A DNA stretch of 64,000 nucleotides from Firmicutes bacterium UBA5493. GTDB lineage: Bacteria; Bacillota; Limnochordia; Darwinibacteriales; Darwinibacteriaceae. The stretch lies in contig DIPH01000015.1 in assembly GCA_002424045.1 (NCBI GenBank), positions 70,550 through 134,549 on the forward strand. The letters run 5' to 3'. Each line of letters starts with the position of its first letter. Positions within the stretch are counted from its first letter, which is position 1. The position numbers and the translations under genes were made by a program. The notes below the pieces were generated by a model that searched no databases, had not been told where the DNA came from, and saw only the letters and a program-made list of their open reading frames with translations. Of this stretch, positions 18,975 through 28,300 are shown piece after piece.

Positions 18975-19619
18975 TTAGCGCAAGGAATCAATGTCAACTT
19001 CCAATACTCGTTTGGCATAGGCTAAATCTCTGTTTTTGCATGCTTCAACGAACTCAAAATGGCGCGCACCTGAGGAGCGCTCCTTCATGAGAGGATTGTC
19101 GCGGTCATAGCCACTAAAGTGTTGGGTCGTAGCCCGAGTCAACTTACGTAATATCTGTTCCAAAAGCCCATAGAGAACCTGATTTTGGGCGTAAGAAGCC
19201 AGCTGCAGGTGGAAAGTCATGTTGCGTTTCCAGTTGTCCATGGGTGCCCCATGAATTTCAGCATCTTTGCGATTGGCATGGTTCAATCTTTCCAACTCGG
19301 CGATGACTTCATCGGTCAGCATGTGGAAGCTTCTTTCCAACATATAGATTTCTAAGGCCTGGCGTGCTTCGGCTAATTCCCTTATTTGCTTGGGAGTGAT
19401 CTGCACTACCATATAGCCCAGCCGCGGTATAGAACGCAAAATATCCTCATTACAAAGTTCAATGAGCGCTTCCCGAACCGGCGATTTGCTTACCCCGAAC
19501 TCGTGAACTAACCTGCTCTCCGTAATAATATCCTCCGAGCTGTATTTTCCGTTAATCACGTCGCTATACACTTGATCATAGACTTTTCTTGTTAATGGTT
19601 TTGAGTTTTGTAGTGCCAT
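18975..19619 (-). CDS. GntR-family transcriptional regulator (FadR/FCD C-terminal domain)
   Basis: 214 aa. N-terminal GntR winged HTH (LVHEFGVSKSPVREAL) plus FCD-like C-terminus. Confidence 0.85.
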   Translation of the reverse strand: MALQNSKPLTRKVYDQVYSDVINGKYSSEDIITESRLVHEFGVSKSPVREALIELCNEDILRSIPRLGYMVVQITPKQIRELAEARQALEIYMLERSFHMLTDEVIAELERLNHANRKDAEIHGAPMDNWKRNMTFHLQLASYAQNQVLYGLLEQILRKLTRATTQHFSGYDRDNPLMKERSSGARHFEFVEACKNRDLAYAKRVLEVDIDSLR

Positions 19620-19662
19620 TCCCCCACTCCCCTTCGCCTTGCATTATTGTCACAGACTCGTC

Positions 19663-20622
19663 TTAGAGATCACCCGCAGCATCCATCACTGCCCGGAGAT
19701 GCGAGACTTCAATGTTTTCCGGCAGAGTGCAATCGGCACCGATAATGAACCTCTCCCGGCCGACCTCAGCAACGATCTCAGCTGCCGTGCGGGCAATTTC
19801 CTCTGTGGGGCCATCAACGAGCACACCACTACGGTCGTCAAAGCCGCCCAAGAGCGTTTTTCCAGGAAACAATCTTCTTCCATCGGCTAATGTATAGTCA
19901 CTTTCGTGGATCGCCCAGTTGATCACGTCAGCGTTGATCGGAGAGTACATGGGTATGTTAGTACCGCCTTTACAGATATGCAGGATACTGATTGCACCTT
20001 GCTCATTGATATGATCAACCACTGCAGCATCTAAAGGCCTGACATACTTCTCAAACAAGCTTTGTTCGAAACGATGCGCTTCGCCACCTAGAGCGGCATA
20101 AAAAATCCCGTCAGCACCAGCTTCGACCAACTTGGTGCTGAGCTCACACAGCGTTTTTACCACGCTTTTTAACGCCGTGGCCACTGTCTCAGGGTCCTCC
20201 CTAAGATGCCTGCTCACTAAGTTATCTGGGTTTGCAAAATAGCCTGGTTCTTCCGTTGCATGATAAGCTGAAACAAGAACTCCATGTACCGTAGCGAACA
20301 ACGGTAGGTCCTGTGGCAACTCAGCACGAAGCATTCGAAACTCTGTGAGGTATTCTTCATATCCAGTGCGTTCCCATGGCAACGCCTTTAGATCCTTCCA
20401 ATCGGATATGTTAGAAATTGGTTTTTCCATGCGATAAAAATGCTCGTTCATGACTTTGAGTATATCTGGTTTAACCTTCTGGTAATAATCCAAATGGGCC
20501 TCTACTGCGGCACGGCCCGTCCAGTTATCGGAACTAAAATGATGCCAAAAGCCACACAGAACTCCGTCTATGCTTTCTCCACGAAGTGTCGCGTGCAGGC
20601 GTTCCCGTCGATCCACAATCAT
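19663..20622 (-). CDS. Uroporphyrinogen decarboxylase (URO-D)-like family protein of unknown function
   Basis: 319 aa with URO-D/MtaA-like TIM-barrel features. First gene of the operon with the GntR regulator and sugar ABC transporter; no haem-biosynthesis neighbours. Confidence 0.6.
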   Translation of the reverse strand: MIVDRRERLHATLRGESIDGVLCGFWHHFSSDNWTGRAAVEAHLDYYQKVKPDILKVMNEHFYRMEKPISNISDWKDLKALPWERTGYEEYLTEFRMLRAELPQDLPLFATVHGVLVSAYHATEEPGYFANPDNLVSRHLREDPETVATALKSVVKTLCELSTKLVEAGADGIFYAALGGEAHRFEQSLFEKYVRPLDAAVVDHINEQGAISILHICKGGTNIPMYSPINADVINWAIHESDYTLADGRRLFPGKTLLGGFDDRSGVLVDGPTEEIARTAAEIVAEVGRERFIIGADCTLPENIEVSHLRAVMDAAGDL

Positions 20623-20840
20623 TCTCCTTTTATAGCAAACGTTGCGTTTATTTAATATTATCAGTAGTAATATTACCCTAGTATTTAATAGAAGTCAACC
20701 CCATAAATGTACTTGTTATTGGACGAATTTTGGCATTTTAAACCGTTTTCGCGAAAATAAAGCTCGGAAGATATTATCACTAATCATATCAGCCTGGGTC
20801 CGATCACCCTAAACATTGCCTTACCTTCACCCGATCGTAA

Positions 20841-21947
20841 CTAGAGGTAGTGTGACGGAGGACGGCAACAAAGGAGTCTAAGAGGAGTCTGCTCCGCTTC
20901 TGTGGAGAGAGTGAACTCGCCTAAGATAGCTGGCCAAAACATGACATCCCCCTGATTGATGGTCCATCTTCGACCGCCTACCTCCATACTGCCTCGACCC
21001 TGTACGGCAATGGCAATGGTATAGGTTTCCATCTCTAGTTCTGTGCGCCCCCGCACCACAAATTCTGTTAGCCCAAAGTAGGGTTGATCAGGGTCTCCCA
21101 TCATGGTCTCGTAAACGCTAACCTGGGCCCCTTCGGACACTATCGGCACGAGTCTTCTTTTCGCCAAATTTCCCTCAGGAGAATCTCCCTGGTACTGGAA
21201 TAAGTCTAGGGCTCGTTCCCAGCCTAACCCTAAGTGGTTGGAGGAATGCTCGAGGGGGGCATCTTGACCATTCGCTTCAGCGTAGATTGTGAGATCCGAG
21301 GGCTCTTGGATCTCTAACATGAGTACGCCGGAACCAATAGCATGGGGGACACCCGCGTCCACCATGAAAATGTCCCCTGGTCTGACGTCAACTCGGTGCA
21401 TCATGGCAATGAGAGACTCTGTATCCCGATTCAGGAGTGCCTCTTTAAAGTCCAGAGCACGAACCCCCTCACGAAAACCCAAGAGAATATAAGGCGGAAC
21501 ACCATTGATGCTTCTGGTTTCAAGAATGTACCAGGCTTCAGCTTTGCCATGACGGCTACCGAATAAGGACAGGGCTTGTTGGCGCGATGGATGCACCTGA
21601 ACCCTCAGTCGTTCACAGGAGTCCAGTAATTTGGCCAAAAGGAAGGGATGCGCACCGAACACTTCCACATGTTTTTCCCCGAGCATCTCCCGTGGATATT
21701 GCTTGATTACATCATCTAACATGAGCTCACGATCACCAACGGACACAAGGCTCAAACCTTCGTTGGGATGCGTTTTCAGACGAGAAGCTGTTGTCGATCC
21801 GAGCCAATCCTCTGGTGCACAGCTATCTCGGGGATTAGGGTACCTTCGAAAGGCCTCCAAGAGTAGTCCTCCACGATAGGTACGAAGAACCCGGTTGGGC
21901 TTTAACACGAATGCTTGTTTCAATTGGTCTTGGGTCAAATGGAGCAA
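20841..21947 (-). CDS. manA: Mannose-6-phosphate isomerase, class I
   Basis: 368 aa. Type-I PMI zinc-binding motifs VQVHPS...AEAWYIL...HAIGSG. TTG start with AAAGGAG ribosome-binding site. Confidence 0.8.
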   Translation of the reverse strand: MLHLTQDQLKQAFVLKPNRVLRTYRGGLLLEAFRRYPNPRDSCAPEDWLGSTTASRLKTHPNEGLSLVSVGDRELMLDDVIKQYPREMLGEKHVEVFGAHPFLLAKLLDSCERLRVQVHPSRQQALSLFGSRHGKAEAWYILETRSINGVPPYILLGFREGVRALDFKEALLNRDTESLIAMMHRVDVRPGDIFMVDAGVPHAIGSGVLMLEIQEPSDLTIYAEANGQDAPLEHSSNHLGLGWERALDLFQYQGDSPEGNLAKRRLVPIVSEGAQVSVYETMMGDPDQPYFGLTEFVVRGRTELEMETYTIAIAVQGRGSMEVGGRRWTINQGDVMFWPAILGEFTLSTEAEQTPLRLLCCRPPSHYL

Positions 21948-22543
21948 GATACCTTCTCCTTTCTTTCTGAAATTTCGATTTTACTATATCATAAGATCGG
22001 CTTCTTCTTATCAAATGAATAGAAAAAACAAAGGAGCTCGTTCCCCCAAGCTCCTCTGCTCCTTTTCTTTCCTGCCTAGAACCCTATGCCACGTTTAGGG
22101 TCTATCCTCAGTATTTTGACGTGGCCAAGTTCGGCAATGTTTACCTTTCTCCACTGGCGCTAAAAACGCTTCCCTCCAACTGGGGACCCCCCATCCACTA
22201 CCCAGCTGGGCATCGAGCAACTCTCTCCCTCCCCTACTTCGATTTTTTAGTTTGATTGCACGAGCAACCCTGGAGGTCTATTTGAGTGAATTGTACACCA
22301 TCCTTTCTGATTTGTCAATTAATTATGAATCCAGTTCGAGAATTTTCCGCTATCTGAAGCCCATGACTCTGACGCGCTTCATACGACTGGCGAAAAAGAA
22401 ATGCAACAAGCGTTGGAGCTGCACATAATTTTGAATTGGCCCCACCTGTATCCAAAAAACCTCTTCAAACCTTCCTGGGCTAGAAGGGAAAAGACCTTGT
22501 CTCCCGAAAATACTTATGGACATAGGAATGTGGAGTTGTTAAG

Positions 22544-23503
22544 ATGATCCTCACTGTGACTGTAAATCCCGCATTAGACAAGAACTATAGTATCCCCGGA
22601 TTCGCCCTGACGGGCATTCACCGGGTGGAAAGCATGTCTATAGTGCCTGCTGGTAAGGGCCTAAATGTCTCAAGGGTGCTAAAAACACTGGGAGTACCAA
22701 CTGTGGCCACTGGTATCTTGGGAGGGTTTACCGGAAAGCAGATCGAAACCGCTCTAAAGCAGTTGGGTGTGGAAAACGATTTTGTGCAGATTCGAGCCGA
22801 ATCTCGCTCCAATTCCCTAGTCATAGATCGCCACCACTCCATTCACACCGAAATCAAAGAACCAGGTCCGGCCATCCCTAAAGACGCCTGGAAACGCCTA
22901 GAGAAGAAAATCATGCAGATCGCTCCTACCTGTAGCTGGGTGGTTTTTGCCGGCAGTCCGCCCCCGGGTGCCCCTTCCACCCTCTATTATGAGTTGATCC
23001 AAAAAACGCAGACCGCAGGAGTGAAGGTGGCCCTCGATACGAGAGGCCCGTGGTTGAAGGAAGGAATCAAGGCGTGTCCCGATCTGATTAAGCCCAATTG
23101 GGAAGAGTTCCAAGAATTAGTGGGTCCCTGCTATTCAACAGTGCAAGCCTTGGAAAAAGCAGGACGAATCGTGGAAGAAGAGGGAGTGGGGATTGTCGTA
23201 GTCTCTATGGGCGCCAAAGGCGCATTGGCAGTTGATAGACAGCATTCCTATCTTGTACAGCAGCTCCCCCCCATCAAAGTGGCAAGTCCAATAGGTAGCG
23301 GCGATACATTGGTCGCAGGTCTTTTAGCTAAGTTGCAGGATGGGTGGGATTTCGCGCCAGCCTTCCGCTTTAGTCTAGCGGCGGCTTCTTCAAACGCAAG
23401 TCACTTTGGTGCAGGCGTAATTGACCTTGACCAAACTGCCGCGTTAGAGCACGAGATCGCGGTAGAACAAATCCAACATAGGAGGAACTCTCATGTTCGT
23501 TGA
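22544..23503 (+). CDS. PfkB-family hexose-phosphate kinase (1-phosphofructokinase/tagatose-6-phosphate kinase family)
   Basis: 319 aa with LTVTVNPALD N-terminus typical of FruK/LacC, GKGLNVSRVL, C-terminal GSGDT motif. Confidence 0.75.
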   Translation: MILTVTVNPALDKNYSIPGFALTGIHRVESMSIVPAGKGLNVSRVLKTLGVPTVATGILGGFTGKQIETALKQLGVENDFVQIRAESRSNSLVIDRHHSIHTEIKEPGPAIPKDAWKRLEKKIMQIAPTCSWVVFAGSPPPGAPSTLYYELIQKTQTAGVKVALDTRGPWLKEGIKACPDLIKPNWEEFQELVGPCYSTVQALEKAGRIVEEEGVGIVVVSMGAKGALAVDRQHSYLVQQLPPIKVASPIGSGDTLVAGLLAKLQDGWDFAPAFRFSLAAASSNASHFGAGVIDLDQTAALEHEIAVEQIQHRRNSHVR

Positions 23504-24068
23504 ATTGATGGAGAAAACTCGGAGTTTTAGGCGGTTCCAACAAGATCCAGCCCCGAGCATGGATGATCTAAAGAGTCTTATTGATATTGCCAGGCTGACT
23601 CCATCTGCCGGTAACAGACAACCTTTGAAGTTTATCTTGGTTCAAGATAAGCAAGCACTTCCTGAGGTGTTCTCAACGTTGAGATGGGCCGGTTACTTAC
23701 AGGATTGGACAGGTCCTGCCCTCAGTGAGCAACCCACCGCCTATATCGTTATCCTCAGCGATCCAGAAAAGTCGAAGAATCCCGGTATTGACATTGGCCT
23801 AGCAGCCCAGAGTATTGTCTTAGGCGCACAGGAACTGGGGTTTGGTGCTTGTCTCCTGGCAGCTATTGATAGGTCCCGTCTCCGGGAAGTGCTGGACATT
23901 CCCAAACACCTAGAGATTGAACTGGTTGTAGCTCTAGGCACACCAGGTGAAGAGGTTATGTTGACTACGGTTGGTAGCGACGGGGATATCCGCTATTGGA
24001 GAGATGACAAAGGCGTTCATTACGTTCCGAAGCGTTCCCGGGACGACCTGATCGAAAAGACCCTTTAG
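23493..24068 (+). CDS. Nitroreductase family protein
   Basis: 191 aa. RSFRRFQ...PSAGNRQP motif of the NADH-oxidase/nitroreductase fold. Overlaps the upstream kinase by 11 nt. Confidence 0.8.
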   Translation: MFVELMEKTRSFRRFQQDPAPSMDDLKSLIDIARLTPSAGNRQPLKFILVQDKQALPEVFSTLRWAGYLQDWTGPALSEQPTAYIVILSDPEKSKNPGIDIGLAAQSIVLGAQELGFGACLLAAIDRSRLREVLDIPKHLEIELVVALGTPGEEVMLTTVGSDGDIRYWRDDKGVHYVPKRSRDDLIEKTL

Positions 24069-24074
24069 TCCATG

Positions 24075-24506
24075 CTAAAGGGTCAATTGTACCGGAGTTG
24101 TGTTTGCTAGATTGTCACTCACCGGGCAGCGGCTCTCCACCGTTTTCAGCCAGGCGTCTAGTTGCTCCTTACTTGCATTAGAATCGGGTATGACCTTCAC
24201 GCGAATTTCTTGAAAGCCTGCCCGGTTCGTGGTAGATTCTCCGAGGAACTTGGCTGGATCCAATTCTCCTGCAAGCTCAAAGGTGATACCTTTAAGCTCA
24301 AAGGCCATTTCCTTCGCTACCACATGCCCCACAACGTTCAAGCACCCGGCTAGGGCCCCCAAGACATACTCTACTGGAGTTGGTCCGGTGTCTGTACCAC
24401 CCAGATTTCGTGGTTCGTCAATGATCATTTCGAAATTGCGCGCCCTTACCACGGTCTTGGTGGGGTTTTTACTATGGGCCCCCACCGTAAACGTCGCCAT
24501 AGCCAT
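24075..24506 (-). CDS. OsmC/Ohr-family peroxiredoxin-like protein
   Basis: Start trimmed to MAMATFTV (ribosome-binding site GGAAGGGAGAG). OsmC-like fold motifs GPTPVEYVLGALAGC, ESRCPVSD. Confidence 0.75.
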   Translation of the reverse strand: MAMATFTVGAHSKNPTKTVVRARNFEMIIDEPRNLGGTDTGPTPVEYVLGALAGCLNVVGHVVAKEMAFELKGITFELAGELDPAKFLGESTTNRAGFQEIRVKVIPDSNASKEQLDAWLKTVESRCPVSDNLANTTPVQLTL

Positions 24507-24556
24507 GACAACTCTCCCTTCCTCACTCGATCCTAGACTGCCCCAAACCCGCGGAT

Positions 24557-25600
24557 TTATTCGCCAGTGTCTAGGATTACATCGCTTTTGCGGGGAATGT
24601 CTAGAACGGAAAAGTAGAGTTCTTCTAGGGGAATCCATTCGTTGACGAAGCGTTCCAACATAGCCGGGCCACTGCGCTTCAGTAATCGTTCTTTCTGCAC
24701 CTCTGGGCTCACAGTCAAAAAGACCTTCAGATCATAGCTCTCCACGAAAGTAGGGTGATGGCTGTAGCAGCCTTCCACAACCGTTAGGCGATGTGATTTG
24801 ATGGTAGGTGATATGATAAAGTTATTCTGCTGGCAATTGTAAACCCGGTAGTGAAAAGGGTTGCCACCCTTGAGCTTAGGTATGACCTCAAGTTGAAAAC
24901 GTTCATAATCTATATTACCCCCAGGTTCCCCAAGGCGACTGACCGTACGCTGCTCAGGTCTGAGAAAAAAGTCGTCCATGGCGATAACTGGGCAGCCATA
25001 GACATCCTGAAGGAGCTGGCCAAGGGAGCTCTTTCCTGAACTGCTCCGCCCGTCAATGGCAACTACACTTGTAGACCCTTGGTTTGCCACGAGCTGCTCA
25101 ATGCGCTCAAAAATTGGGAAATAGAGTGCAAAAACACGTCTTACCACCCGATAACTAGGGGAGTAATGCTCCCTATAGCGCGGGCTGTGGCTCATGGGTG
25201 GATACCCCGCCTCTTTATACTCTTCCAGAAACGAATCTACATCTGCCGGGGGATAAAACTCCCTTAAAATGGACAACTTCGCCTCAAATTCTTCCCTATT
25301 CCCCCGCTCCTGGGCCGCAGTCAAGACGAAAAACCGGTTCACGGTCTGAAGAGAAAGGGCATGGCCTAAGGCTTTGAGATTTAGGCGAACAAGTCCGTTA
25401 CCAATGTCCTCAAAAAGCTCACCCGGGGTGTAGGTAAGCCCCTTTACTTCTTCCGTAAGGCGCGCTAAACTGACTTCCTCATCGTTGATGAAATGACCAC
25501 TGCCAAATTCATTTTGATAGATGAGCTTGGCTAAATCTCGGGGGGTGAGTTGGGGGTAACGTTCTAGGTGCTCACATAAAAGCCTCTTCAGCTCTTTCAC
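24557..25600 (-). CDS. Uridine kinase / P-loop nucleoside kinase family protein with ~170-aa N-terminal domain of unknown function
   Basis: Walker A AIDGRSSSGKSSL, D-x-F, and Udk-like YDLKVFLTVSPEVQKERLLKR in the C-terminal half. The N-terminal half matches nothing I recognise. Confidence 0.6.
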   Translation of the reverse strand: MKELKRLLCEHLERYPQLTPRDLAKLIYQNEFGSGHFINDEEVSLARLTEEVKGLTYTPGELFEDIGNGLVRLNLKALGHALSLQTVNRFFVLTAAQERGNREEFEAKLSILREFYPPADVDSFLEEYKEAGYPPMSHSPRYREHYSPSYRVVRRVFALYFPIFERIEQLVANQGSTSVVAIDGRSSSGKSSLGQLLQDVYGCPVIAMDDFFLRPEQRTVSRLGEPGGNIDYERFQLEVIPKLKGGNPFHYRVYNCQQNNFIISPTIKSHRLTVVEGCYSHHPTFVESYDLKVFLTVSPEVQKERLLKRSGPAMLERFVNEWIPLEELYFSVLDIPRKSDVILDTGE

Positions 25601-25620
25601 AGATGGCCCACCTCTCTTCT

Positions 25621-26202
25621 TTAAGCAATCACCAGTTTGATGATCTGATTTAGATTCTTGTGCACAGCTTCAACGACACTGGGGCAGAATTGGGTTCCAC
25701 TTTTTTCAGCCAGAAAATCCAGGCTTGTATCTAGACTCAAAGCCCGACGGTATGGACGATCTTGAGTCATGGCATCCACCACATCAGCCACGCTGGCAAT
25801 CTGCGTCAAAAAGCTAGGCCTTACACCCTTACTACTCTCAGGATAGCCGCCTTGTCCATCAAACCACAGATGGTGGTGGAGGATAATCTCCCGCACTCGC
25901 TCATCAAGGACGCTCTTTTTCACATACTCCCAACCACTGACGGGGTGCTGCTGAATGGCTTTCCAATCCTCCACAGAGAGGGGCTCTTCCTTCAGTAGTA
26001 TAGCCCTGGGAATATGTTTTTTTCCCACATCATGAAGTAGAGAACCCAGCGAAAGCGTGTTGAGTTCAGCCGAACTCAAGCCCAAGTTCTCACCAAGGAC
26101 CAGGGAAAGCCTCTGCACACGTTGGCTATGCCGCAGAGTGGCGGGGTCTAGTCCAACCAAAGCGCTTGCTCGAGCCCAGGTTGTCCGCAATTTATTGTTC
26201 AT
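25621..26202 (-). CDS. HD-GYP domain protein (putative c-di-GMP phosphodiesterase), stand-alone
   Basis: HD motif LHDVGK, HHHLWFDGQGGYPE (GYP motif). Start trimmed to MNNKLRT. Confidence 0.7.
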   Translation of the reverse strand: MNNKLRTTWARASALVGLDPATLRHSQRVQRLSLVLGENLGLSSAELNTLSLGSLLHDVGKKHIPRAILLKEEPLSVEDWKAIQQHPVSGWEYVKKSVLDERVREIILHHHLWFDGQGGYPESSKGVRPSFLTQIASVADVVDAMTQDRPYRRALSLDTSLDFLAEKSGTQFCPSVVEAVHKNLNQIIKLVIA

Positions 26203-26417
26203 CCTAAACAACAATCCTTCCTTGGAACGCAACTACTTCATTATCGACAATTTCTCTTGCTTAGTCCAGCCCTTTTTTGACTTTTCCTTGTTTCTTGGAT
26301 TTTTCGGTTCTCTAGCGTCCCGCGACTCAGACTTGAGACGGACCAAGAAACAGACTAGAGGCGAATTGCCCATTTCTCTCTATCTTGTTATACTATAGAA
26401 AAAGGGAGGTTATGATC

Positions 26418-26852
26418 ATGGAACCCAAACATCTCGGCGCCTTAGCGTTGATTCTCTTTGGCGGGTACTTCCTTGCCAACAATCTCGGCATTCTCCCGAG
26501 CTCAAATGTTTTCTGGCCCGTAGTTCTTATCGTTCTCGGATTGGTAGCGCTCTATCAGAATAGCTCTAGACCTAAGAAAACGGTCACTGACGATGGCGAA
26601 GTTATCTTCGAAATAGACGGAAACTCGGCACCCATAAAGGCCCTCGTTGCCATACCCACAATTCTTGTCGTTGTAATTGTTAGTTTAGTGATCCTTGGGG
26701 TCTTGGGCCCATTTTTCATCCTGTCCTTGGCCTTTATCCCCATTGTATTGTTCTTGAAACTTGGTTGGGCTTTTTTTCGACTACTTGTGCCAATTCTCTT
26801 TGGGGCGGCACCCCTCTTGTTACTCCTTGGACTCTTGATGCTGATTTTCTAG
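26418..26852 (+). CDS. Small integral membrane protein (LiaF-N/DUF-type, 4 TM) of unknown function
   Basis: About 144 aa, almost entirely hydrophobic helices. AGGGAGG ribosome-binding site 8 nt upstream of ATG at 26418. Confidence 0.55.
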   Translation: MEPKHLGALALILFGGYFLANNLGILPSSNVFWPVVLIVLGLVALYQNSSRPKKTVTDDGEVIFEIDGNSAPIKALVAIPTILVVVIVSLVILGVLGPFFILSLAFIPIVLFLKLGWAFFRLLVPILFGAAPLLLLLGLLMLIF

Positions 26853-26953
26853 CTCCGACGCTCCATATTTCCCAAAAGGAAAACCCCGCACAAGCGAGGT
26901 TTTCTCTTTCTTAAAGGACCAATCATTATCTTGATAGATCGTTCGAGATGACT

Positions 26954-28021
26954 CTAAGGTTCGACTTCCATGACCCATCCAAACGGATCCTTCAATCTTC
27001 CGTTTTGGATTCCTGTCATGGTGTCGTAGAGTCTTTGACTGATTTCCCCTGTTTTTCCTCCGCCAATTTCGATGGTCTTGTCTGCCCAACCCAGTTTACC
27101 GATGGGGCTAATCACCGCTGCCGTACCACAGCCAAAGGCTTCAATCAGGCGGCCGTCTGCATGGGCTTGGAAAATCTCTTCAACGCCTAAGCGCCTCTCT
27201 ACTGTAGGAATATCCCAGGATTTCAGGAGCTGTAATACGGAGTTACGGGTGATTCCAGGCAAAACACTGTCGCCCAGATCTGGCGTAATGAGCTCTCCAT
27301 CTATATTGAAGAAGACGTTCATGGCTCCCACTTCTTCTACATACTTGCGCTCTAGTCCATCCAGCCACAACACCTGCGAGTAGCCCTGGGCCTGGGCGTT
27401 CTTCTGTGCTAAGAGGCTCCCGGCATAGTTCCCAGCTGCCTTCGCATAGCCGGTACCGCCGCGCACAGCACGCACATAATGTGGTTCAACCCAGATGCTT
27501 ACGGGATTTAGACCCTCTGCGTAGTACGCTCCCACTGGAGACAAGATGATGACAAATTTGTAGGTACGGGAGGCCCGAACGCCCAAAACATTATCGGCGC
27601 CAATAACAAAGGGCCTGAGATAAAGGGCTGTACCCGGTGTTCTAGGAATCCAATCCTGGTCCAGGGCAACCAGCTTTTTAATGGCCTCTAAAGCGAACTC
27701 TTCGTCAAATTGCGGTATGGACATTCGCTGGTTGCTGCGGTTGAGGCGGGCCATGTTCTGCTCAGGTCTAAAGAGAAGAATCTTACCCTCGGGACTTCTA
27801 TACGCCTTCATACCCTCAAAGACCGCTTGGCCGTAGTGCATCACTGCACAAGCCGGGTCCATATCGAAGGGCCCATAAGGTACAATACGGGCGTCATGCC
27901 ACCCTTGACCCTCTGTGTAGTCCATGATGAACATGTGGTCAGTAAAAAAGCGCCCAAAACCCAGGTTGCTTTCATCTGGTTTGGCTTTCGGGGTTGTAGT
28001 CTTCACCAGAGAAATCTTCAC
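26954..28021 (-). CDS. ilvE: Branched-chain amino acid aminotransferase
   Basis: 355 aa, fold-type IV PLP enzyme of the 356-aa Bacillus YbgE/YwaA type (GFGRFFTDHMF...EGMKAYR...). Confidence 0.9.
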   Translation of the reverse strand: MKISLVKTTTPKAKPDESNLGFGRFFTDHMFIMDYTEGQGWHDARIVPYGPFDMDPACAVMHYGQAVFEGMKAYRSPEGKILLFRPEQNMARLNRSNQRMSIPQFDEEFALEAIKKLVALDQDWIPRTPGTALYLRPFVIGADNVLGVRASRTYKFVIILSPVGAYYAEGLNPVSIWVEPHYVRAVRGGTGYAKAAGNYAGSLLAQKNAQAQGYSQVLWLDGLERKYVEEVGAMNVFFNIDGELITPDLGDSVLPGITRNSVLQLLKSWDIPTVERRLGVEEIFQAHADGRLIEAFGCGTAAVISPIGKLGWADKTIEIGGGKTGEISQRLYDTMTGIQNGRLKDPFGWVMEVEP

Positions 28022-28300
28022 GATGTAACACTCCCTTTATTTCTACTTTATGTATGTACTTCATGTTTTTATCGCCGATTCCTGCTTCCTGTTCCGGGGA
28101 TCATTTCCCGAGAACTGCGATGCACTGCTGTTTTGCGTTGTCTTGGCTAATGCCGTTCACGAATGTTTGGGTTTTCATCCCCAAAGATTTCGTTTTTCCT
28201 AAAAAATACTCGAGAAAATTTTACTGAATATTAACCCCGCCCCAGCTATTGATCCTTGCCTCTGACTTCTATAAAATGAGACTGAAAGGAGTCTACGCCC

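Noticed and set aside
20623-20840. AT-rich region with TAATATTA-N7-TAATATTA and AAACG-TTG-CGTTT motifs upstream of the URO-D-like gene
   Set aside because: Low-complexity AT-rich promoter DNA. The short palindromic words are expected by chance in such sequence. I could not support a specific operator call, though the GntR may bind here.
28022-28300. Possible purine riboswitch or T-box in the divergent ilvE/purC intergenic region
   Set aside because: No match to purine-aptamer or T-box conserved cores could be recognised by eye. The region is treated as an ordinary divergent promoter region.
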